A stretch of 64,000 nucleotides of DNA from Tubiluchus corallicola (taxonomy: Eukaryota; Animalia; Priapulida), in assembly GCA_030141605.1 (NCBI GenBank), contig JAQGDQ010000014.1, positions 310,001 through 374,000 of the forward strand, read 5' to 3'. Each line of letters begins with the position of its first letter. Position 1 is the first letter of the stretch. The notes beneath the pieces are model-generated. The model was not told the DNA's origin. It did no database searches and saw only the letters and a program-made list of their open reading frames with translations. Positions 49,201-63,222 of this stretch are shown here, in pieces. Made by a program: the position numbers and the translations under genes.

Positions 49201-52200
49201 GTGACGTTGAACAGGTCATTTTTCTCAAAAAGCTTTGGAAGCTATTTCCTCCTAGGCTTTTAATAGTACACAGTTGATTAAACTCATTTGGGTGATAGAG
49301 GGTGTAGGTCTTTTGTGAGGGACCAAATTAGTTTTTTTTTTGTTAAGCGGGTGCGTCTGTGTAGTGAGCAAAATGTGACATTTGGTAACAAAAAGCTGCA
49401 ACTACTTAGTGTAGTATATCGTTTTGAAAGCTTGTCATCAGACAAATTAAACTGTGACAATTATTCTGGAATTTTGTGGGTGGTGCTGTGGCCTGGGGAC
49501 CAAAAATGTAACCTTTACGAGGAACCATGGCACGAAACAAACCGAGTAATGACAGTTAAATTAGTTTTGCAATCGGTGGCTGGGCCTGACGGTGTTGAGG
49601 AGGTTAAATTGCGGTCTTTGACTGTGAATGTGCATAATAAATGTGAGTGGTGTACATCATTTGAAAGCTCAGAGAAAGAGCTTGGGTGGGGGTGTGTGCC
49701 GGAAAGTGTTAAAAGGCGATATTTTACTGTTAATGTACATTGCACAAAGTATGTGGTGTATTATGATTAGATACACGATTCTAATTTTACATCAATTTTA
49801 TACTTGCATTTAATTGGACCCGTGATATTTCCATTTTTCTTGCTGTTTCATTTTAACAGAATAGCGACTTCTACTTTGCCTCAATTACTTACCTATAACC
49901 TACATGATGTGCTTTTACGATGGTCATAACCTAACGCCAAAACCATCATTGCGTGCCGATAAACCCTAGTCATTAATTACGAATGCTGGGAATTGAACTG
50001 TCGTTTCATCGCACGAAAAAACCGATCATTTTCTCAAAGAAGCTGCCATTTATGTAACAAGCCTTTCCCCATTGGACCAATAAACAATCTCGTTTGCTTC
50101 AGTATCACCATTAACCCCGGAAAATCATTAGACGGCGGCGGATTTCATCACATGGGGGATACCTTATTGCTGTAATTTTTATACAGATTTTAGCTGGCTG
50201 CATGTGCGTGAACGTCTTAGGTTTTAAGCTATCTGTTGTACATGGTTACGAACGTTTAGTACGTGCCAGGGAAGATAAAATTAAAAAAGTTAAAAGGTGA
50301 ATAGCTCTTGAGCTGTTCCGTGAAGGATTGAGACTTGACTATGTGTTGTATTGTTAACCCGAATTGTTTTACAATAGAATCATATCACGTCATTTGCCCA
50401 ACCTGTATAGGTTGGATAAAAAAATGAACACATTAATGCCTGGTGAAGGTTTATGGTATTCAATGTCATTTTATTTTTGCACCACTGGTCAAGTGTGTCT
50501 TGAATATATTGAGTGTTTGGTACCTCTAACTGGAAGAATTTGAAAATATGTATTGTTGTCAGTGTGTGAATTTAGATTCAAAATTGACCTCTAAAACGGA
50601 CAACGAATTTTCATCAGAGACACACGAAATCTTTCATTTGTATATATATCAGAAATGGATAATTCCAACCAATAAAATGAGCATCAATAAGCCGCTCTTG
50701 TTCTCTTATTCCGTAGCAAATGAAGATAACATTTCCCTATTGTCAGGGCGGGGGAAAGGAAAGGCGTTCAAATGCTGAGTGATCACGAACTGGTGAGCAG
50801 GACCAGGTTTGGTTAATTGCAGGGAAAAGTGATGCTGAATTTTTGTACAGGCTGTTTCAAAAGAAACGGTGCAACTAACAAATGCTACAGACATACCAGT
50901 ATTACACCAAACAAATCGAGGAAGTTTTATATGGTAGGAAAACAACAGCAAGAAAATACAATCTCTTTTCAAATAAGCTGTCAGTCACACACATTTTTTG
51001 TGATTCGATAATAATAATAATAATAATAATCATATTTCAACATATTGGCATATTTTTACTGCACTGTTCTTTTGCTACACCCTATATATTTAGTTTATTA
51101 AATGTTTCTTTTCTAAATTATAACATTATTATCAGGAACGTTCGGGAATGTTGAGAGTAGAAAACTTGATTCTAGAATCGTTCTCACAGTACGTTATTGC
51201 ACACGAGAGCATAATTTCAACTAGCACTTTTTAACTAATGGAACATGTAAGAAACGTTCACTAGTGTTGAAAGTATAACGTATACAAATTGATTTGGGAT
51301 GCTTGCTCTGTAGACTGGTTTGATCTAACCTACTAGTAGTGAGCGGAGAAGTGGGAGTAATGGTAGGCACTGGGGAGGTGATGATTTCAAGAATTCGTTC
51401 ACCAACGAATCACAGTAGAGTTGTGTAGGAGAAGAATACGAAAATTATGAAAATTTTATGGTGCCTACTGCGCTTCAGTTGGCCAGTTACAGAGTGACAT
51501 CACACAAGTAAGCTAGCTAGCAAGCAAGCAAACAAACAAGCAAGCAAATAAGCAAGTATCAAACAAGCAAGCAAGCAAACAAAAAAACCAACGACATCAA
51601 ATTGAACTAGATAGAGAGGTCTGTATCTTGTAGTCCAAAGAAAGAACAAAAAGATTACCATTAGAATATATTCAACAAAACAGGCAAAAAAGAACAAAAT
51701 GCAAAAGTTCATAGTTTATAGAGCATGTTTGTTGAATGTTATTATCGATATTGAAATTTTCAACGTATTATCAAAGTCTTTGGCTAATGTGTTGTGTTCT
51801 TTAAAGTGATGCCTCTTACTAAAATATTTCTCCAATGTTTTTAGGGCTAATGTTGAGTATTTGCCTTACCTCAAGGTGCTATCAACGTGATGTTGTATTA
51901 TCTGTTTGTAACTGTTAACAGTTTTCAGTATTTTAATAGCAGGAATCTTTTATATTTTTGATAATTTGAAATTAGAACAAATTGTCGCACAGCTGTTGCT
52001 TCTTTGCTTCAAAGCTTCACTCCTGTCAAGAGAAACAAGGAAATAAATGCAAGGGAGCACAGAAATCGTTATAATTATTGTATAGTATATTTTAACTATT
52101 TTACATCTTATGTTAGTAGTATACTGAAGCCTTTGTAAATCACTCATGGTTCCCGTGTAAAATAGGATGTACTAACCTAGGTTAATGTATAATAAATGCA

Positions 52201-52920
52201 GTACAGTCATATGCTGTCTCACCCAGTATCAGATTCTTGTTGGACTCATGGTGAAGTTCATCTCATGTGACCTTACAGAATTAGTCAGAAATCTGCAATG
52301 TACACAGAATGTCAGCTTGATTGAAAATGTACACAGATCTTGCCCAATTTAGATTTGCAAGTGTGTATCCAGAAAGTTATCGCGCTCGTGGCGCCGCCTA
52401 CATGCCGAATAATGACGCTTTTTTTACTCCAAGTTTTTGATGATTTTGTTTGTTCTGCACGAGTTGCCGTGGAGAGTAAAGAACTCGGCCGAGTTCCGTA
52501 AATCCATTTGTGGAGGCGTGCTGAATTTTGAAGAAAAACAGCTGCGCTATTTTATAATATCTTGAATCTGTAATGAATCTTTCATGAGTCCAACCATTGT
52601 ATGTATCCTTGACAATGTGAGGCCCCGATTGAAATCGAGATCCGTATTTTCGTAAGTGCATGGTACTGAGTTGAAAGCAAGGTCACATTATTCAGATTAA
52701 GATAAATTTTGTAACAAAGTATAGAAAGAACGTTAAGTTATTTGGCGGTTCTGTAAATTATTAATGTCCCGGTATGTACATTTACACAATGTAGTATTGC
52801 AGGTATGTACACTGTACAGCAATTTGGTGCATGTCAATTAATTATTGTAATCTTAATATCAAGATTATTATTAATAAAGTTATAATGTTACAAACCTATT
52901 ATTAAATTTACTGTTTGAAA

Positions 52921-53040
52921 TATTAAATTTCGAAACCAAACTTGAAAGGCAGGAAATGTTAAAAAATCTGTAGTCAGCCTGCACTTGAACCAGGGACCTT
53001 CTGCTTAGATTGCAGACGCCTTAGACCTCTGCCTTACCTA
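52921..53040 (-). mobile_element. Short tRNA-derived SINE-like element, copy 1
   Basis: Minus strand ctaaggcgtctgcaatctaagcagaaggtccctggttcaagtgcaggctg (arm ctgc/gcag, B-box-like ggttcaagtgc) plus tail catttcctgcctttcaagtttggtttc; homologous to 53893-54010. Confidence 0.6.
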
Positions 53041-53892
53041 AGTGGTCAAGATAATCTATAGCTAAATGCTGAATTTGTTGGTCAACTGTGTAATTTGGCT
53101 GGTAAAATTCAGCATTTCCAATATTAGATCGTTCACATTAGAGTGGTGTTGAATTTGGATGGCGATCTATAAGGATAAAACGATACTGAACGTGTGGTTA
53201 GTTAATGTGCAAGGAGTCTCTGTGTACTGAAACACCGTACATTTGCAGTATATTTTCCGCTTAATGTACAAATGCATGAAATCTACAACAAAGTTCTCTT
53301 CTTTGCTTAATCATAAAATCATATTAATAAGTGAGGTGCGACAGACAAATAAACTATGTACAGATTTATGGCCTACATAATGTATTTATGTATGTGAGAT
53401 GCAGGGTAATCTATGATGAAATTCTCTTTGTTTAGTCATAAAATAATATTAATATGTGAGCTGCGAAAGACAAATTTTATTACGTATACATCTATTGCTA
53501 CACAATATATATATTTATGTGAGCTACACTGCCTGCAGGTAATTGGAAACTGGAAAGATGTCTCTAAAAAAACTGCACTTGCATCATCATGTCACTAAAC
53601 TGACTGAAGACAGTGACTATTGCAGGAAGAAAGTAAAAGAAAATCATTCCTACAACCTTATAAATAACTCTTTTTTTATTTTTTATTTTTTTGCGTAATT
53701 TCAGTGTACAGATGAAAAAGCAAAGTGACATAATTTTCTAAAAGTGGCAGTAAGCAGCGATAAGCACCAAACGATAACGATAACGATATTCCTAAAAATT
53801 ATATCGATGCGATAATCGATAATTATTAAAACGATAATTCGTCTCGCTTCTTTAACATCCTTAGGATGAACATTGGAGAGCTTTGGAAAATT

Positions 53893-54010
53893 TAGTAGCC
53901 TATGTTCCAAGGCGTATGCAATGTAAGCAGAATGTCCCTGGTTCAAATCTAGGCTGCGTTCCAACTTTTTCTCATTTCCCGTCTTTCGGTTTGGTATCAA
54001 AATAAAATAA
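53893..54010 (+). mobile_element. Short tRNA-derived SINE-like element, copy 2
   Basis: ccaaggcgtatgcaatgtaagcagaatgtccctggttcaaatctaggctg plus tail catttcccgtctttcggtttggtatc; aligns by eye with the reverse complement of 52921-53040. Confidence 0.6.
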
Positions 54011-56299
54011 ATTGTGGGTTTGTATTATCATTGGTAAATGTCAAGCAAGACTTTGTTATTGTTGCTTTTTAGCATGCAGAGTAGAATGAATATAAGTATC
54101 ATACTCTAAAATAGTTTTGATGTACAAATTAGAAATACAAAAAGAAAGAACGAAACTTGCGCATAAGTACGTCAAAATACTGGATATTTTACTAACACTA
54201 TAACACTAAATATACTGTTGTTTCACGAGCACTGCAATCATGAGGAAATGAGTTTGCGTATACACTTGTTATGTGCTTTTCATTTCCTTCATAATATAAT
54301 CATGGTATTTACGCCACAATGATATACCATATATACACGTACAAAAGCTTTTAAATAAAGATATTTTAACATCAGCACTGCATTTACTGAAATGTCTAAT
54401 TATGGTATTAGTTCTAGCGGCCAGCAAAGACTTTTGACTTTTTAAATCTTCATTATCATCACCTAAATTAGTAACCCAGGTATTTCTCTTTGTCTGATAC
54501 TTTTTTTCTTAGTGGTTGTAGCAAACTGTTCCAAAAGGTATAGAGATCATTGTAGGCGGTCTTATACTGAGTAATTTGGGTTTTTCCATATTTATTACTA
54601 TGTTAAATTTGTTGGGAAAAGTTTTGTGTGTGTCAATTAAAAAGCACTTGTATAGTAGAAGACAACATAACACTTCCTGTATTGGGGAAAAAACGTACAT
54701 CGTCAGCAAACATTGAATTGTTCAAAACATAAAATTGTTCAGTTAATCAATAATCAATTTAGCGTTGAATTTTCAATGGTTATACAATAACATCTTGGTA
54801 TCTGTTAACAGTACAATACATGTAATGCAAAATACCATCATGATTATCTGACTGTATCTAACAATGCTAATCTTCAGGTGAAACTTTACACGTCTTTGCT
54901 CATTCCGTCTTGTGCTCTGAGATGATGATTGTGCCACATCACTCTTTAAGTGCATCTGAGATTATCCATACATCACCCGTAACCATGGTAACCAAAAAGC
55001 AAGTCTTTATCTTCGCAGAGTTTAGATCAACGTCGAAACTCCTTTGCCGAGAATTTGACAAGTAAATTTTCCTGTGCTTAAAGCCCCCAGTAGCAGCAGT
55101 TGGTATAAAAACTCAAATTTGCCTGTTAGCAAGGAATAATATTGGATTTTCGCGAGCTACAACAGAGCTTTGCAATATAGTAAGAAACTGCCCGCAAAGA
55201 GAAATCAGATAATGCTCGGCGCGTTCAGAATATCTGTTTGCTTTTTTCATATCCTCAGGAGAAAAGCATTGATATTCGTGCGCGTATTTTTCTAACTTAT
55301 TGCCCGCCAATGCTGTTTAATTTGCATAACTTTTATGACGCTGTAAGGCTTTTTCTGCGCAAAAATGAGCATTCCAGCTGAAAATAGCTCCCCCTTTCGG
55401 CGAAAAAACCAAAACAGTTGAAAGACCTTTCATTTTCAATGAGTGCTCTTCCTGTTTTTATTGTCTATTTGGTTCACTTCAGACACTTTTTGTAGGTGAA
55501 AATAAAGACTTGGGAATGTTTTATATAGCACAACTGTTACTCATTTTCCAGATCAGTTAAAATTCCTAAACTGTAGCAATAATTAGAACATTTCAAACTA
55601 TTTGATCTATTCATTATAATATTCTCACAAGACTTCCTCCGACCAGCATTCTACATTGTGAAGAATTTGTGATAATACTCGTCGGTACGAAGCCATTGCA
55701 TAGTGGCGTTGAATAACAGGTACAAAACCGTTTTTACAGAAGGGCCTCGTCAGTTCCATGGATTGACTGACAGGTGTGTATTCCATCTGAGCACCTGTTC
55801 CGTAATGGCAACCAGCATCGAACACAATGGATTAGATCTCTGGCGAGTCATTGTCAGTTACTTCAATCTACCATATAACTTCACTTTGTTTTACACATTT
55901 TGAGGCTTTTTCCACAACTGTGGCATGAAACCATCCGGTTAGCACTATATAGTAAGAAACTGTGACGTTACAATTAGAGAGAGTAAAGAAAATCAAAATA
56001 GTATTGTTGTGCGACGGAATTTTTCTTATAGCAAACGTTGTCTTTTTCGTTTCCGCTTCATAGCGGGGATCCAAAAAATTAATTGCTTTTTACAAGCTTA
56101 AAAGATAATAATAATTTATCTAATGATTTATCTAGACTGTTGAGATCACAACACACACATCGTTTATCAAGTTACTACTTCCTAAATAAACAGGAAACTA
56201 AACTGAAATGATATTCTGGCTAACTGCTGTTATTATTATTTCAAAACCTGTTTATGGCAAGGCACTTCTCATAAAAATATAATTGCGTAAGTGAGTCCG

Positions 56300-56445
56300 A
56301 GAAATGAATGAATCAGTGACAGAATGAATGTATGCATGCATGCATGAATGAATGAGTGAGTGAGTTAGAGCGAATGAGCGAGTGAATGAATGAATGAATG
56401 AATGAATAAACCCAAGCATGAACAAGTAAATGGATGAATAAACAA
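56300..56445. repeat. Degenerate (GAAT)n tract
   Basis: Directly visible. Confidence 0.9.
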
Positions 56446-57400
56446 CCAATTGACAGGCCGACAGAGCGCATAAACGAATTAAGGAACGAATGAAGAAGGA
56501 CTGATGAATGACGTTTCACTTTTCCTTGGGAACGGTAACAATTCCGGTGGGATAATTCCTGAAACACCAAGAAACCTAGCGCATATACAAATAAGATTAC
56601 AAAAGGACCAAACCAAAACAATTATCTGTAATAGCACAAAAAATGACAGTATTTTTGTCCCTGTTTCTCTTCTACTTTGTAAGTACATACGACAGCGTTT
56701 TAGTGAAATATGGCGTGTTCACCAGTTACATTTATTTGTCTTTGTGGTTTTTGCTAACTTGCAGTACACAGCTCATGATCAGTTGATTATAGTACTTGCA
56801 GTGAATTGAAACATCAAAAGCAGCAACAATCTGACTATCTCTATTATATATCATGTAGTGCCTCAGGTGAGTAACAGCGTTTGATGATTAATGAAATGGT
56901 AAACGAAATCAATATCATCCATCTATTTAGTAAGCACTTCTTATGTGATTGTTGTCTGTCAAGAGTATCTGGTAATTGCGGGAGCGATTTTCTGTGATCT
57001 TCCTTTGATGATACCAATGAATATTGGAAAATAATCTGCCATACAGTTGTTTGTTTATTTCTTGTTTTTATTCTGTTGTTTATAAGTTTGTTTGCCTGGT
57101 TTATGCTATCGCGGTCGGAATAAGCGAACCTACTCATACAGGGGAAATGAGAGCGATAATAGTTTGTTTAATTCGTGATAACAAAAAAGTACCTTGAAAT
57201 GACGTCTACGCACATATACTTACAAACAATCAGTAGCGAGTCAAAGAACGCAGAGCACTGAAAATAATTATACAGGGCGCTCCATAAGAAACAGTGTAGT
57301 ATCGGCATCCTGCAAGAAGGTGTTTTGCTCAAAATTATCCCCATAAATAGAATGCGCCACGAAGATAATCTATGTTAATTTTTTGTCTCAAAAGCATGTA

Positions 57401-57590
57401 GGTAAGTTAAGTTAAGTTAAGGTAAGGTAAGGTAAGGTAAGGTAAGGTAAGGTAAGGTAAGGTAAGGTAAGGTAAGGTAAGGTAAGGTAAGGTAAGGTAA
57501 GGTAAGGTAAGGTAAGGCAAGATGAGGTGAGGTGACGTGAGGTAAGGTACATGTAAGATAATTTAGAGTAAGATAAGGTAAGGTTAAGTA
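57401..57590. repeat. (GGTAA)n pentanucleotide microsatellite
   Basis: 19 perfect units at 57421-57515 with degenerate flanks. Confidence 0.98.
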
Positions 57591-59224
57591 GGGCAAACAT
57601 CTAAAAATCAATGTAGAAACATGTAACTACAAGCTTCAAGACTTATGTCACCCCCAAACTGCTGAATTACTGTTTGTCACATTTTTTCTTTTTCCTATAC
57701 CGTTTTCGTTATCATCATCATGACATGCGTAACTGCTGGATTACTGTATTCAGTATTGCGAAGTGAAACACACTGATTAACAACGCGATTCAGGTGAAGC
57801 AGTGGCCATTTTTCCTTTGCAATTACATTGTGCTCTGCGTATTGAATGCGTGCGCGTGTATGTGTACCCTGTTTGTTTCTGAGCTTAATAAGCATACATA
57901 GATTTTGTATAATGAATCCGAGGGTACTGCTGCTTTATAGCATCAGCAAATATGTACACAACTAACATAATCGATGCACATCAGCGCTCCACTGCACGAT
58001 TCACAGATCGCCTTCTATGTATGTTTAATAACAGAAACTGAAGCCGCCATGAATCTTGGCAATGCATTGTGGTGCACAAAGATTTGCTAGCAACATTGTT
58101 TTAATATTTGGTTGATGTCGCAAATGCATTTTTGTATCTATAAGCAAACTTAAGTATAAAGAACAAGTGGGTGTGGGTGCTCGTAAAGACGAATGGATGG
58201 ATGGACGGATGCTCGTAAAGACGAATTGATGAATGGTTGGATGGATGGATGGACAGGCGGATGCAGTAAATGCACGATGATACCATATGCACACATGCAC
58301 AATTGTCACCTACAAATCAACACAACAAAAATGCAAGAGAACGATTATGAAGCAAGGAAGGTTGCACAGAAAGAAGTATTGAGGAAAAATGGAAATAAAA
58401 AAGAGAAAAAGAATGGAGGAATGAAGAAAGGAAAGATGCGAAACATGAACAAGGAAGCAAAAAGACAGAAAGGAAAATAAAGAGGATGGGAGGCTACAAA
58501 AATGAAGGGAATCAACAAATTACATGATATGGACTGTACTTTATGTATTTCTTTCTTGCACTTAACAAATACCTCGCCAGCTGTTTTTTACCCCAACAAA
58601 GCGACTGAGTGTTTTCTACTTTCGTTACTCTTATTTAAACCAAAAAAGTGGAACAATTTCCACATAATTATAATTTCATAAACATGTACATAATGAGAAC
58701 GCATGCAAATTATGCTCTGGGAAATTAAGTGTTTTTAAAACAAGAGCTCCTGAGCGGTTTACCTCTTTATGTTTAATTTAATGGCATTTGTGCAAAATGA
58801 AGAAATTTTTCCGAGTTTCAATTAAAAATTCGAGAAAAATTACGCTCATGAAAATGTTTCGTAAATGAACATGTGGTTAGGAGAAAGCACCCCAGGAGGG
58901 CATTCCGTACCCTGGTATGTAGTGGGGTCTCAAAAAATTAAAAAGTTGTTTCATCAAAATTAAGTATGACTTCTTACGATTTTTTTGTGTTACCGTTTTA
59001 CGGGGCAGCAGCTTTTTACTTACATTGAGAAAATTTCAGCCCGGGTAGCGAAACAGGCGGTTATAGCAGAGTTTTCCTGTAATAAAAGTAGCGTACTGTT
59101 TATTTAAGTTGGCGCAAATTGACGAAATGGCAAGCTATTTGATACAGTTGAAAGGTATCAAGTCTTGTTCAGAAAATTTAGTTGGACTAATTACGAGGAA
59201 ACAAATAGGGGGCTAGGGCGGTAA

Positions 59225-59890
59225 TATGCAAGTGTTGAAAATTTGACTCTTAAAAAGTGAAAGTTAGTATTATGCAAGCACTTGTGGAAGGTTGATCAAA
59301 AATGTCCAGTTAAAATCCAAAGTGTGAGATCCAGATACAGCTAGAAATTATCTATATATAAAATGGGAATATAGCTTTTGTTGGAAGGTTAAATGTACAA
59401 TTATTGAAAAATGAACTCCTAGAAAATTGTAAGTTAATATTGTTACAGTCACATTTAGAAGAGTTTGGACTAAGAAACGCCAAATTAAAATTTAAAGTTT
59501 GAGCCCCAGTTATAGTCCAAGCAAATATCCAAATATAATATGGGAACGCTAGCTTTATTATACAAGTGTTGAAAACTGGCTCCCCGAAAAGAATAGAAAG
59601 TTAATATTGTTAAGCCACACATGGAAGCGTTTGAACAATGATACGTCAGTTAAAAATCTAGTCTGACATTTGTTTATGTTAGCTACGTTCAAAAAAAATA
59701 ACCAAATTAAAAGTGGGAACTTTGGGTTTATTGTAAATACAAGGTTTAAGTGTTTTACACGTGAAGAGCTATAATATTGGTGCAGTCACGCGTAGCAGAC
59801 ATGTCCAGTAAAAAACCAAAGTATACTGGCCGATCTACAGTCGACAGTGGAAGTATCCAAATACAAAGTGAGAAAACTTGCTTTATATGT
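59225..59890. repeat. Diverged tandem array, about four units of 165-175 bp
   Basis: Recurring blocks caagtgttgaaaa, aagttaatattgtta, cagttaaaa and tatccaaatataa-tgggaa at roughly 170-bp spacing. Confidence 0.7.
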
Positions 59891-61019
59891 ACGGGTTAAA
59901 TTCCATGCTTTAGCTACTTGTAATTTACGTGTTCTGATTTTCATTGTTGATATGTCTGTAGATATTCAAGTCGTACATTACGTGAAATTCGTATGTTGTG
60001 TATAGTTTAATTCCGAAAGTAAAATAAACGTTTCTTCACTACTTCATAATTCGAAAAAGCTTGCTACCTTTACTTGATTATCACATTATCTTATTAACAA
60101 GCGTGCAACGTTCAAGTGAGAGGAATGATCGAGTTGGGAGCGTAAACCAAAAACAAATAAAAGAACTCCTGTTGATATTATCACGAGATTCGTTTTACGT
60201 TGTGTTTACCCTCCCTCTGTTATTGATACGGATTCATTTTTCAGAATTCAGCATTCTTCTAGACTTGTTCCATAAACAACCGTCATGAATTTGTTGTCAG
60301 CGGCAGAGACGAATGATAAACTTAAATAAGCCGTACTTGGCACAGATTTCCTGGTATATGCTGTATGCTCGTGTTACTGCTGTACATACTTGCTCGAGGT
60401 TCTGTTTTGACAGTTTATCTGAAGCTGTTTACGTGCAGGAAGCCAAGTTGGCAGAGTATGAAGTATGTATGAACCTGTGACGCGAAGCTTAACTGCAAGC
60501 CCGCCGGCGCGTCTTAATTTTAATCAGCTGGATAAACCAATATGAAGAGATTTTGTTGAAAAATGAAACACCGTGCTGTGATAATTGCCATACCTCTAAG
60601 AGAATTAGGCTACAAAGTATGATTTTACTATCCGCAGTATTACTATAGCTAGTTCGCCATATGTACACAGCCGTTGGTACTTTTACTTAGGTTTTTGAAA
60701 TTGCTCGTACATTTAGATTGGCGCGAGTGTATAATCACTTACCCCAGGTATCTATTGTTTCTGACAATGGAATGTTTTCGAAACGAGTAATCATCGCAAA
60801 GTATAGTTCCAGTTATTGTCAGATCGGAGCAAACGACACTTACACCATTCCTAGTATTTTTTTTATTAATTTTTTTATAGTTTAGTAGTTTATTAGTTAC
60901 ACATATTGCATGCATGTTGAACAATATCAAAACTTAAAAAAAACATTTAGATGGAGTGCTTAAAAATTGAAAATATTTGTGTAAAGCGCCAATTATTATC
61001 TTTTTTGCTAGTATTAATG

Positions 61020-61225
61020 CTTGCAGCACGTTAATATCAGTATATATTAGTATCAGCGTTAGTGATAGTATTAGAATTAGTATTAGTATTAGTATTGGTA
61101 TTAGTATTAGTAGTAACAGTAATAATATTATTATTATCAGTATCAGTATCAGTAGTAGTGTTAGTATTAGTATTTGTATCAGTATTGATGTTAGTATTGT
61201 ATTAGTATTAGTATTAGTATTAGAA
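61020..61225. repeat. Degenerate (TATTAG)n hexanucleotide tract
   Basis: Directly visible; source of the IL/IS-repeat ORFs. Confidence 0.93.
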
Positions 61226-63137
61226 CCTTTTTGCTTGTAAAATGTCATTTGTTGTGTATCCCTCAGTTTTGGTTTTCCTAATATTCTCTGTAATAGTTGT
61301 TTTTCTTGGTTCAATTTCGTTTACACTCGTATTATGTAATGCATCGGTGCTAACTAATTTGCTAATTTTGTTTTATTTGCGTTACACTTTTGTTTGCTAT
61401 TGGATTATTGAAATGCGAAGTAAGTTATTTACTGATACTGCCAGAATCACGTACACGTTTTTTCTAGTTAACGAAAAGAACTGAAGACCGCTCATTATTT
61501 TATGCAGCTACTTCTGCAGACTGCGGTATCCTTTGAGGCAGCATGCCGCCATGTTGACGATAAACTTTTGCGAAGCTTTCTTTTTCTCTTCGCCAGGACA
61601 GATGATAAATTTCGAACCATCAGTTTCTCGGCATAATTCCGCGAGAAATGCTTTAGAAAACTATATGCAAATTGTGAACTGTCGGGCTAGCATTTTCTTT
61701 TGTTATGGCCATGAAGCTAGTCAACAATAGCGGCTGAATAGCAAGCCAATGAAATCGACGAGTTTTCTTGAACGATTTATGAGCGTGCCAGTTCTGTATT
61801 TCTCCGTGTTAAACGCAGCTTGACTCTGCCAGTCATTAAACTGGCTTAACAAAATGCGAGTTTAGTGAAATTGCTGTGTTCAGGACTGGTATTTACATAC
61901 AAGTCGTCGTGGCTATCGATTGATCTGCCTGACACCTCAACGTAGAGAGATGCTATTATTTTCAGTTTTTGCACGAATGTGGCGTCTGATTTTTTTGCAT
62001 TTGATGCAAGAGACTAATGACAGCCTACGTAATATCCCGAAATAGAGATGATTTTGTTACGCCTGCTGACGATTCTTATATTTTTACAAGATACTGAAAT
62101 TAATAGCTATTCATTATCATGTAGACAATTGCTGATTGTTATACAGATAGACTAGTTTATTACTGTTATAATTTCCCCAAAATGCTTAAAATAGACATCT
62201 TGTACAGAATATGACATCATATGATCTAGAATATTGGTAATTAATTTTGTCCTTATTCATCATCTTAGTTTTCGCTCAGTTTTTGCAAGTATGTAAATAA
62301 CCTCTATAGTTTGTAGTTTTGTTGATTTTCAGTAATTTTATAATTATTTTTTTTTCATAATAGTAGTTGTAGATGACGCTATTGCCAATATCCAATTAGT
62401 CGCATACGTTGTATATGACTGACTGGTATGTTGCCTCCGGTACGATGTATAAATTTCTTACGTGCAATGCATTTTTACTTTATATGCATAAGTTCTTCAT
62501 TGAGAAATAAAGATTTTATCTACCTACCTATCTATCTATTTTTGTCATTAACGAGTGGAATACCATTAGCAATCAGATCTTTGACTGATAAACCACATAA
62601 AAATGCTATTTCAATGAAGTAGAATTTTATTTGTACCCTTCGGGTCTATTTTAAGTCTGGCTTTTATTATAAAAATGATATTATTATAATAAATGCTTAA
62701 AAAACCGGTTTTGAAAGAACGTACCATTTTATTATAAAGCTAATAAGAAACCAAGGAAACTAAGGAAAATTTACCTCTTTGCTCAAAACTATGTATATTT
62801 TAGCTAAATAAACTAAGGAGCTATTGAAATAAAACTTTTGCTTTATAGTTAAACTAATGTGTAAGCGTTTGTTGTTCATTGAAATCGAAGTTTGGCATAT
62901 GTATAATACTAAAAACGAAGCAGAAACGAGGATATGATGATTTGACCGAGAGTTATAGCTTAATGGCGGCGTCCTCGCTTGCCCTCCACGAGGTAGACTG
63001 TTTAACTACTGTATTATTGGTTCTTTGACCAAGCAAGCTGGTTTATCGCAGTTACGCGCGGATAATAATCGGAATTACCTTTAAAATAATATTGAATTAC
63101 TTTAAGGTGTTATCCCTAGACTATTATATGTCATGGT

Positions 63138-63222
63138 CATGATGATGATGACGACGACGACGATGATGATGAAGACAACGATGATGATGGTGATAATGGT
63201 GGCGATGATCATTATGATGATT
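63138..63222. repeat. Degenerate (GAT/GAC)n tract
   Basis: Directly visible. Confidence 0.9.

Noticed and set aside
59225-59890. CRISPR-like repeat-spacer array
   Set aside because: Eukaryotic context, similarity extends across whole units rather than identical repeats with unique spacers, and no cas genes.
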